Origin: Candidatus Xenobia bacterium
GTDB lineage: Bacteria; Vulcanimicrobiota; Xenobia; Xenobiales; QWHO01
Reading direction: 5' to 3'
DNA: 64,000 bases
Assembly (NCBI GenBank): GCA_045863235.1
Contig: BTUM01000001.1
Location: 320,001-384,000 of the forward strand
Below are positions 56,521 through 64,000 of the stretch, piece by piece. Position numbers and translations under genes: made by a program. Every line of letters begins with the position of its first letter. Position 1 is the first letter of the stretch. Below the pieces are notes generated by a model, which saw only the letters and a program-made list of their open reading frames with translations, had not been told where the DNA came from and made no database searches.

Positions 56521-57627
56521 TCAAGAATTCTGGCCTACGTAGTAGTGGCGCACCGTGCTGGCCAACCAGCTGGCAGTGCGAGTATCCACCAATCGGCGAG
56601 TAATGATCAGGCGATCCGAGATCAGCTGCAGGAAGGAGCCGCGGGAAGATTCACGCACCGAAATCTGCTCGAGTTCTTGGGCGGGGATGGTGGCCCGACG
56701 CGTGGTCACCCCCCAGACGCGCTGCCGCCAGATCACTCGGGTTGGCTCGAGCCGGAACTCATGGCGCAACCCCACCAGGTACAGCAAGACGGCCGCAAGG
56801 ATGCCGAACTGAGCGTACAGGCCGGTATAGTCACCACTGGTGCGCATGATGTCGAAAACCGACTGGGTGGGCGCGTCTTCTCGACCATGGAAGGGCAGCA
56901 TTTCGAGTCCCACCAGCAAACCAAAGGACACAAGCACTTCCGACAGCAAATTCTTGTTGAACGAGCTCCAGGCCAGAACCAGCGCTGGTCCGTCATGTCG
57001 AACCAGCACGGCCGCCGGCACCGGTTCGTCGGGAGCCGGCCCAAGAAGCACCGGATGACGCTTGACCCGCTCGACGAAACTGAGATCGAGCTCACTGGCC
57101 TCCAGGGTGAGTTCCCCTGTCTCGCGGCTCTTCTCCATCACCGGGCACCCGATCGCTTTCGCCAGCATCTCAGCCAGGGTCCGGCTCTCCATTTGTTGAC
57201 CCGGCCGACGGTCGAGCAGGTAGTCGTAATGGCCGTCCACCAAGTGCACCTCGAAGACCTCAGTGGGTTTGGGACCCCGATCTTCGTCCACGGAACGCAT
57301 GCGAATGCGGGGAGTCTCCCTCCAGCGATAGACCAGAACGCGGCGAAACAGGCCATCCTTCATGCGGATCTCGCCCTGGCCGACACGAAAGCTCTTGCGA
57401 GTCCCGAGTAAAAAGCCCATGCCCATGACCACCAGAGCCAACCCGACGAAGCCTCCCAGTCGCCAGTCCCAATTCTCCCAGTGAAGAAAGAGCCGATTGA
57501 TGATGTAAAAGCCAGGTACCGTTCCTACCAGCCCTAGAAATACCAGGAAGAGGCCCAGATCGCGATGCGAATCGCTGGGAATGAGCAGGTAAACAAGCTG
57601 ATTCCGTTGATAACGCTGGACAGCCAC
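56521..57627 (-). CDS. Membrane protein with two TM-hairpin plus beta (PH-like) modules
   Basis: Twice-repeated pattern of two TM helices followed by a beta-rich soluble domain. Starts 3 nt after the preceding gene. Confidence 0.7.
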   Translation of the reverse strand: MAVQRYQRNQLVYLLIPSDSHRDLGLFLVFLGLVGTVPGFYIINRLFLHWENWDWRLGGFVGLALVVMGMGFLLGTRKSFRVGQGEIRMKDGLFRRVLVYRWRETPRIRMRSVDEDRGPKPTEVFEVHLVDGHYDYLLDRRPGQQMESRTLAEMLAKAIGCPVMEKSRETGELTLEASELDLSFVERVKRHPVLLGPAPDEPVPAAVLVRHDGPALVLAWSSFNKNLLSEVLVSFGLLVGLEMLPFHGREDAPTQSVFDIMRTSGDYTGLYAQFGILAAVLLYLVGLRHEFRLEPTRVIWRQRVWGVTTRRATIPAQELEQISVRESSRGSFLQLISDRLIITRRLVDTRTASWLASTVRHYYVGQNS

Positions 57628-57630
57628 GGT

Positions 57631-58818
57631 CTAGGTCCCGATCAGCCCGAATGTGCGAACTTCAGCCAGGGGAGCCACCTCGCTGTAGGCCAGAACGGCT
57701 ACCATGGGGAAAGAAGGCTCAATGAGCCGACGAAGGAATCGCCGGGGTCTTGGTGAGCATAAGACAACCACGGGGACACCGACCTCACCGGCACGCTGCA
57801 ACCCTCGAGAAACGGAGGTGAGAATCTTCAGGCTGGTATCCAGGTCCAGGTCCAACCAGAGTGCCGAGCTCGACTCCCGCAGGCCGGCCAGGACCGAGCG
57901 CTCGGCGCTCGGCTCGAGAATGAGAGCGTGCAGCACTCCCTCATTGTCACTGAACTTGGCACACAAGAAGTGCGAAAAGCTGGAGCGCACGAACTCGGTG
58001 AGCTGATCAGGATCCTGGGAGTGACCGCGGAACTCGACCAGAGCCTCCAGGATGGAAGCCAGGTCGCGGATCGAAATCCCTTCCCTGAGCAAATTTCGAA
58101 GGATCACCCGCAAGGACGTGATGGAGAAACGCTGAGGAAACAGCTCCTTGACCAAACCGGAGTGGGTCTTGCGAAGATTGTCGAGGAGCGCTTCGGTTTC
58201 ACGGTATCCAAGCAAGCGCCACGCGTTCTGCTCGACGGCCCGCGCAACATCACGCAAGAGTGGCTCAAGATTCTGGGGCTCGAAGCTGCCTTGAGAAACC
58301 ACCACGTCCCTGAGAGCCAGCCGATACTGCCCCTCGGTCAATTCCGGGAAAACCCTCAGAGAAATGTCTGACAGGATGATCCCCAGCTCGAGCTCGAGGC
58401 GAGGAGCGAGCTTGAGCAAGGCCTCGCGCAACTCGGTCGAATCTGAACCTGAGCCGACCTGAAGCGCGACGCGGGCTACCTCGAGTTGTCCCAACACTTC
58501 TTCGGCTTTACAAGCCAGACGCTTCCTGAGAGCGGTGGGCAGCTTGCCCACCGAGCGAATCAAACGCACCGGAGTTGGACCTGGCCGAGCTCGCTGGATC
58601 AAAGCCAGGCATTGTGCGACCACCCGGTAGGCAGGCTCGGGAATCTCCTCGTCGATGGGGAACTGGCTGAGGCTGAATTCTTCCAGGGGCACGTCCACCA
58701 GCGGAAGGTTCATCTCCTGGGCGCACCAGAGAAGCTCCTCAACCTCTTTACCCCGCACGGCTGCAAGAGTAACCGGGGTTTCGCCGGGAGTGTAAGCCAA
58801 CACCGCTGCATGCTCCAT
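57631..58818 (-). CDS. Fusion of FlhB C-terminal-like domain and FlhA/SctV (FHIPEP) cytoplasmic domain
   Basis: N-terminus AAVLAY...PIDEEIPEPAYRVVAQCLA. C-terminus ELGIIL..I.LR, ILRNLLREGISIRDLASILEAL, LTEFVR, RRFLRRLIE..P.VAVLAYSEV. Confidence 0.8.
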   Translation of the reverse strand: MEHAAVLAYTPGETPVTLAAVRGKEVEELLWCAQEMNLPLVDVPLEEFSLSQFPIDEEIPEPAYRVVAQCLALIQRARPGPTPVRLIRSVGKLPTALRKRLACKAEEVLGQLEVARVALQVGSGSDSTELREALLKLAPRLELELGIILSDISLRVFPELTEGQYRLALRDVVVSQGSFEPQNLEPLLRDVARAVEQNAWRLLGYRETEALLDNLRKTHSGLVKELFPQRFSITSLRVILRNLLREGISIRDLASILEALVEFRGHSQDPDQLTEFVRSSFSHFLCAKFSDNEGVLHALILEPSAERSVLAGLRESSSALWLDLDLDTSLKILTSVSRGLQRAGEVGVPVVVLCSPRPRRFLRRLIEPSFPMVAVLAYSEVAPLAEVRTFGLIGT

Positions 58819-58991
58819 CCCCTGCAGCAACACGACTTCGGCCTGACCCAGCACTTGAGGCGAAAATGCCACCTCGAAACCTCCCTCGCATCGCATCAGG
58901 ACGCGGGTCTTGGCCTTCTGGGAACTTGAGCTAAATTCCTCTGCCTGGCCCGGGGGAGGAACCCCTCCAGCATGCGGGAAACCCCACAGCC

Positions 58992-60212
58992 ATGCGCGCC
59001 CTGCGGCTCATCCTGCTGGCTGCCTGCCTGCTGGTCGCCTGGCCAGGGTGCAGTCAGAGCCAGCGCAGTCCCGATGAAGTGATTCTGTGGACTGGCTTTG
59101 AATCCGAGCTGCCCACCTTGATCCGACTGGCCAACGAGTTCTCGGCACAAAGCGGCAAGACGGTGCGAGTGGTCAAGGTGCCCTTCCAGCGCCTGCGCGA
59201 CAAGTATCTCATCGCCGCTCCGGCTGGCCAGGGCCCCGACCTCCTGATCGGACCCCAGGACTGGGTGGGCATATTGAAGACGGCGGGCCTGCTCGAGCCC
59301 CTCCCCCCCGAGGCGCTCCCTCGCTCGGAAGAGTTCTTGCCGGTCACCATCGAGGCTCTGACCTTTCAAGGCCAGCTCTATGCCGTTCCTCTGGTGGCCC
59401 AGTGCGTGGCCCTGATTCGCAATCCCGAGCTGATACCCCGAAGCCCGGCCAATCTCGAGGAAATGGCGCGCATGGCCAGCGAGCTCCCCCCCCAGCCTGG
59501 ACGCTACGGGATCTACTGGGAACTCAAGGACCTCTACTTTACGTGGCCCATCTTCGCCACGCACGGAGCCTATCTGTTCGGCACTCGCGACGGCCAGCTC
59601 AATCCCGAGGACCTGGGGCTGGACAATCCGGGGGCCCAGCGGGCGGGAGAATTCTTACGCCGCCTCACAGCCGAAGGGTTGGTGCCCTCCGACGCCACCA
59701 CCGACCTGGCTCGCAGTCTCTACCTCGAGCGCCGAGCGGCCATGACCGTGAACGGTCCCTGGTTCTTGAAAGACCTGCGCCAGGCGGGGGTCCCCTATGT
59801 GATTGAGCCCGTGCCCGGGCTGGGCGAGGCCCCGGCTCCTTGCCTGGTAACGGTCGAGGGGGTCATGCTGAACAACCGGGCCATCGCCCGCCAGGCATCC
59901 CTCGACTTTCTAAAGTTCCTGGCCACTCCCCAGGCCCAGGTGGAGATCGCCCTTGCTTCGGGCAGGCCTCCCGCCAACCGACTGGCACTCGAGCAGGCCG
60001 GTCGCGATCCCCAGGTTGGCCCCGATCTGCTGGCTTTTGCCCGCGTCGTGGAGGCCGGAATCCCCATGCCCAACCATCCAGCCGTCAGTGCGGTCTGGGA
60101 GGACATGAAGCAGACCGTTGAGCTGATCACCAAAGGGGAGGTTCAGCCCTCCGTTCAGCTACCGCTCACCCGGCAGCGCATCCAGAAACGCATTCGACAG
60201 ATGATGGAGTAA
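58992..60212 (+). CDS. Maltose/maltodextrin-type ABC substrate-binding lipoprotein
   Basis: Lipoprotein-like signal (WPGC), AAPAGQGPDL..GPQDW.G, NGPW, PMPN.P....VW. Confidence 0.88.
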   Translation: MRALRLILLAACLLVAWPGCSQSQRSPDEVILWTGFESELPTLIRLANEFSAQSGKTVRVVKVPFQRLRDKYLIAAPAGQGPDLLIGPQDWVGILKTAGLLEPLPPEALPRSEEFLPVTIEALTFQGQLYAVPLVAQCVALIRNPELIPRSPANLEEMARMASELPPQPGRYGIYWELKDLYFTWPIFATHGAYLFGTRDGQLNPEDLGLDNPGAQRAGEFLRRLTAEGLVPSDATTDLARSLYLERRAAMTVNGPWFLKDLRQAGVPYVIEPVPGLGEAPAPCLVTVEGVMLNNRAIARQASLDFLKFLATPQAQVEIALASGRPPANRLALEQAGRDPQVGPDLLAFARVVEAGIPMPNHPAVSAVWEDMKQTVELITKGEVQPSVQLPLTRQRIQKRIRQMME

Positions 60213-60215
60213 GCT

Positions 60216-61106
60216 GTGAACGAGCGCCGCACTCTGTTGCCTTACGCCTACATCGCCCCTGCTCTCCTCTTGATGAGCCTGCTCTCGCTGTTGCCCAATC
60301 TCTATTCAGTCTACCTGGCCTTCACCAACTTCTCGCTCTACCACTATTCCGACTTCCGATTCGTCGGCTTGCGTAACTTCATGACGATCCTGACCGGAGA
60401 CGAGATTCGTGAATTCGCCAGAGTGCTGAGTTGGACGCTGGCCTGGGCGGGCGGATCGGTGATTCTCAGCCTGGGCCTGGGCCTCTTTCTGGCCATGGGC
60501 CTCAACAAGCCAGAAATCCGCTTTCGCAATCTCTACCGCACTCTCTTCATCGTGCCCTGGGCCATCCCGGCCTTCATCTCGGTTCTCATGTGGCAGGGCC
60601 TGCTCAACTCCAACGAGGGCGCCATCAACGTGCTTCTTGGTCTGCACATCCGCTGGCTGGACGACCCCTTCTGGGCCCGTATCTCGGTTCTGGTCGTGAA
60701 TGTCTGGCTGGGATTTCCGTTTATGATGACGGTCTGTCTGGGTGCATTGCAGTCGATTCCCCGCGAGCTCTATGAATCGGCCTCGGTGGATGGAGCCCCT
60801 GCACCTCGCCAGTTCTTTCAGATCACCTTGCCGATGCTCCGCTCAGCTCTTCTCCCCGTATTGATCTCCAGCTTCGCCTTCAACTTCAACCAGTTTACCG
60901 CCATCTATCTTCTGACCAATGGCGGGCCGGCTGTCTCGGGCAGCACGGCCGGCGCCACTGACATCCTGATCACCTATTCCTACAAGCTTGCCTTCGGGCT
61001 CTTCCAGTACGGTATGGCGTGTGCTTACGCCATCATTATCTTCTTGATCGTGGCCGGGCTCTCAGCGGTGAACTTCCGCCTGACCGGCGCCTTCGAGGAC
61101 GCCTGA
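60216..61106 (+). CDS. Sugar ABC permease (MalF-like)
   Basis: PWAIPAFIS, WLGFPFMM, ELYESASVDGA EAA loop, FAFNFN. Confidence 0.92.
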   Translation: MNERRTLLPYAYIAPALLLMSLLSLLPNLYSVYLAFTNFSLYHYSDFRFVGLRNFMTILTGDEIREFARVLSWTLAWAGGSVILSLGLGLFLAMGLNKPEIRFRNLYRTLFIVPWAIPAFISVLMWQGLLNSNEGAINVLLGLHIRWLDDPFWARISVLVVNVWLGFPFMMTVCLGALQSIPRELYESASVDGAPAPRQFFQITLPMLRSALLPVLISSFAFNFNQFTAIYLLTNGGPAVSGSTAGATDILITYSYKLAFGLFQYGMACAYAIIIFLIVAGLSAVNFRLTGAFEDA

Positions 61107-61960
61107 TGCGAGCGAGCCGACTCAACATCTGGAGCTGGCAGATCGCCCTGACCCTCGTTCTGGGTGCGGTGCTGATGCCCGCCATGCTGGTGCTGTTTGC
61201 CTCCATCAACCGAAAAGCCACCCTGGTATCGCGCAACCTGGTACCGCCCCCAGGCGAGTGGACGCTGGCCAACTACCAGGCTTTGCTCACCCAGACGCCC
61301 TTCCTGGAATGGATGGGGAACACGCTGCTGGTCTCGCTGCTCTCAACCGCCGTGGCCCTGGTGGTCACGACTCTGGCCGGTTATGCCTTCTCACGCTTTC
61401 GCTTTCACGGCCGCAAGAACGGGTTGCTGGTCATGATCTTGCTGCAGATGTTCCCGGCCGCCATGAGCATGGTGGCGGTCTTTCGCTTGTTGCAGTCGAT
61501 GGGCGCAGCGACCGGAGGCTGGATCGGCCTCAACAGCCTGCTGGGACTGTCTCTGGTCTATATCGGAGCCGGAATCCCATTTAACTCGTGGATGATCAAG
61601 GGCTATGTCGACTCGCTGCCGCGCGAGTTAGAAGAAGCCGCTTGCATCGATGGAGCCACTCCCACCCAGACGTTCCTCCTCGTCGTTTTGCCACTCCTGG
61701 GGCCGGTCCTCACGGTGGTGGCCGTGTTCAACTTCATCGCTCCCTACTCGGACTTCATCTTCCCTTCGGTTCTCCTGTTCGACGAGCAGCGCTACACCCT
61801 GGCGGTGGGGATGCAAGGCTTCGTTTCCGGCAACTTCTCGACCAACTGGACCCTCTTTGCAGCCGCCTCCATGCTTGGCTCCCTGCCTATTCTGGTGCTC
61901 TTCCTGGGCTTGCAGCGATTCCTGGTCCAGGGTTTGACTCAGGGGGCAGTAAAGGGTTAG
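61106..61960 (+). CDS. Sugar ABC permease (MalG-like)
   Basis: AGYAFSRFRF.GRK, LQMFP, ELEEAACIDGA, GLTQGAVKG. Confidence 0.92.
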   Translation: MRASRLNIWSWQIALTLVLGAVLMPAMLVLFASINRKATLVSRNLVPPPGEWTLANYQALLTQTPFLEWMGNTLLVSLLSTAVALVVTTLAGYAFSRFRFHGRKNGLLVMILLQMFPAAMSMVAVFRLLQSMGAATGGWIGLNSLLGLSLVYIGAGIPFNSWMIKGYVDSLPRELEEAACIDGATPTQTFLLVVLPLLGPVLTVVAVFNFIAPYSDFIFPSVLLFDEQRYTLAVGMQGFVSGNFSTNWTLFAAASMLGSLPILVLFLGLQRFLVQGLTQGAVKG

Positions 61961-62042
61961 GATCCCGCGAGCAGAATCTGTCGCTGTGCTGGATCGCTGC
62001 CCCGAGGGGCGACGTTCAATTTGGCCCTGGAGTTGATCTACC

Positions 62043-62924
62043 GTGAGATCATTTGCATATCTATTGCTGGCCAGCCTGGTGCTGGCCAGCCTGCTTCGCC
62101 CCGCTGCCGCTGAGAACGGCAATCCGGCCATGGAAGGTCCAATGGCGTCGTTCTACGCCCAGAAATGGGATGACGCGATCACTGGCTTCGAGGCTGTCCT
62201 TGACCAGGACCCTCAAAACACGATGGCCATGGCCTTCTATCTGGACTCTTACTTTCACAAACGAGACATCAACGGAGTCATCAACAAGATCGAGCAGCGT
62301 GCCGTCTCTGGTGGCGACAGCCCGGTGCTGCAGGCTCACCTGGGAATGGCCTACTTCCTGCGCGGGCGGCTGATGCCAAACGTGCTCGAAGAAGCCCTCA
62401 GCGAGTTCAAGCAAGCCCTCAAGGACGACCCCAACCAGGCGATGGCTCACTGCGGAATGGGCCTGGTCTACTTCCAGAAGCGCATGATGCCCCGCGCCAA
62501 AGGTTACTTTATCAAGGCGCTGCGCCTCAACCCGCACGATACGATGGCCATGGAGCAACTGGGCAACATTCTGCTGGTCGATGAAAAGAAGGCCGGAGAC
62601 GCCCTGCAGCTCTTCCAGCGCATCAACGCCGAGCTGCCCACCTATCCGGACGGCTACTACTACACCGGGTCGAGTTACTTCGATCTGCAGAACTACGACC
62701 AGGCCATCGCGCACCTGATCAAAGCACTGGAGCTCGACCCCAATGGCATCACCATGGGCTACGACTCAGCCTGCCTGCTGGGTGACTGCTACATGAAGGT
62801 AAACCGCTATCCTGAGGCCATCGCAGCTTACGAGCAGGCCAAGAAGATTCATCCCGACAGCCAGTACGTCGCCATCAAGATCAAGAAGGCGAAAGAGCAG
62901 TCCGCGGGCGGCGGAACCAAGTAG
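62043..62924 (+). CDS. Exported TPR protein
   Basis: Signal peptide and about six TPR repeats. Confidence 0.85.
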   Translation: MRSFAYLLLASLVLASLLRPAAAENGNPAMEGPMASFYAQKWDDAITGFEAVLDQDPQNTMAMAFYLDSYFHKRDINGVINKIEQRAVSGGDSPVLQAHLGMAYFLRGRLMPNVLEEALSEFKQALKDDPNQAMAHCGMGLVYFQKRMMPRAKGYFIKALRLNPHDTMAMEQLGNILLVDEKKAGDALQLFQRINAELPTYPDGYYYTGSSYFDLQNYDQAIAHLIKALELDPNGITMGYDSACLLGDCYMKVNRYPEAIAAYEQAKKIHPDSQYVAIKIKKAKEQSAGGGTK

Positions 62925-62930
62925 GCTTTC

Positions 62931-63536
62931 TCAGGAAACCTGGGACCGTCCCTGCAGGGCTCTTCCCAGGGTCAGCTCATCGGCGTACTCCAGGTCGGCT
63001 CCCATAGGGAGCCCCTGGGCCAGGCGGGTCACCTTAAGTTGGGGCCGAACTGCCAGCAGCCGCTGCAGGTAAAGAGCAGTGGCCTCACCTGAAACCGTGG
63101 GGTTGGTGGCCAGGATGAGCTCTTCGAGCGGCTCTCTTTCCAGACGCTCGAACAGGGATGTGATAGCCAGTTGGTCAGGCCCGATCCCATCCATGGGTGA
63201 GATCAAACCACCCAGAACGTGATAGCGACCACGGAATTCGCCGGTACGCTCGAGGGCGGCGATGTCCCGCGCCTCCCCGACCACGCAGAGCAAGGCTGGA
63301 TCGCGCCGCGGGTCGCGGCATACAGAGCACTCGGGCTGATCGGAGTAGTTCCCGCAACGCTCGCAAGCGCGCATCCGGGAGCGCAACTCGGTCAGAGCGC
63401 GGGCCAGGCCTTCGACATCCTCCAGAGGAGCCTTGAGCAGGTGGAAGGCCAGACGACTCGCCGTCTTCGGCCCCACAGTCGGCAACTTGAGCAGGGCTTC
63501 CACCAGGCGCTCGAGTGGCTCGGGGTACTCGTACAC
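62931..63536 (-). CDS. recR: Recombination mediator RecR
   Basis: LPTVGPKTA.RLA, CERC..CSVC, YHVLGG.ISP, ATNP, G.DLEYADE.TL. Confidence 0.97.
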   Translation of the reverse strand: MYEYPEPLERLVEALLKLPTVGPKTASRLAFHLLKAPLEDVEGLARALTELRSRMRACERCGNYSDQPECSVCRDPRRDPALLCVVGEARDIAALERTGEFRGRYHVLGGLISPMDGIGPDQLAITSLFERLEREPLEELILATNPTVSGEATALYLQRLLAVRPQLKVTRLAQGLPMGADLEYADELTLGRALQGRSQVS

Positions 63537-63542
63537 TCTGGC

Positions 63543-63875
63543 CTAGAAGAGTCCCGGGGGAAGAGGCAGACCGGCCGTGAGCTGGGCCATCTTGTCCTGA
63601 GACAGAGTACGCGCCTTATCAAGCGCGTCCTTGACTGCGGCGAAGACCAGGTCTTCCAGCATCTCTACATCATCCGGGTCGACCGCTTCCTTCTTGATCT
63701 TCACCGAGAGAATCTGCTGCTGACCGTTGACCCGCACGGTCACCATTCCCTGACCGGCGCTGCCCTCGACTTCAGACTTCTCGAGCTCATCTTGCATCTG
63801 CTGCATCTGGCCCATCGAGTTCTGCAGCTTGGCCTGCATCTTCTGCATTTTCTTCATGATCTGTCTTTGCATCAT
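63543..63875 (-). CDS. ybaB: YbaB/EbfC nucleoid-associated protein
   Basis: [27 protein letters not shown]. Upstream of recR. Confidence 0.95.
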   Translation of the reverse strand: MMQRQIMKKMQKMQAKLQNSMGQMQQMQDELEKSEVEGSAGQGMVTVRVNGQQQILSVKIKKEAVDPDDVEMLEDLVFAAVKDALDKARTLSQDKMAQLTAGLPLPPGLF

Positions 63876-63885
63876 TAACTCCCTC

Positions 63886-64000
63886 TCAGGCCTCGGCGAA
63901 GACCTGGTTGATCACTTCCACCAGCTCGTCGAGATTGAACGGCTTTACCATGTAAGAGCTGACCCCCATCTGGTAACCCTTGAGAACATCCTGGTGCTGA
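63886..64000 (-). CDS. Response regulator receiver domain, C-terminal fragment (5' end outside window)
   Basis: Translates as [37 protein letters not shown]. Confidence 0.85.
   Translation of the reverse strand, partial: QHQDVLKGYQMGVSSYMVKPFNLDELVEVINQVFAEA

Overview
This 64-kb window is GC-rich bacterial core chromosome. I saw no integrase, transposase, prophage or CRISPR array. The gene order is Firmicutes-like (pgpH-ybeY-dgkA, ybaB-recR), yet it carries an MlaEFD outer-membrane lipid system. This suggests a diderm Terrabacteria lineage such as Eremiobacterota/Armatimonadota (inference only). Housekeeping content includes lexA, glpD, three tRNAs (Val, Glu, Ile2), ychF, amrS, smc, comEC, hemL, coaX, lysS, alr, rpsU, rnpB, a maltodextrin-type ABC system and ybaB-recR. 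The most interesting items are: (1) a coupled four-gene unit (class III aminotransferase, SRPBCC protein, acyl-ACP-reductase-like protein, 'quinate dehydrogenase-like' protein) that could make long-chain alkylamines; (2) a soluble FlhB_C-FlhA_C fusion with no flagellar or T3SS genes nearby; (3) a variant SOS box, GTGGAC-N4-GTYCAC, present twice in the lexA promoter; (4) a hemL-polyprenyl synthase-nuo operon with a Rex box, lacking nuoEFG and nuoI and interrupted by an antisense gene; (5) a ~1170-aa GlmS-like protein; (6) a probable 6S RNA and a second structured intergenic element; (7) likely CTG and ATT start codons. All calls come from reading motifs by eye; no database searches were run.
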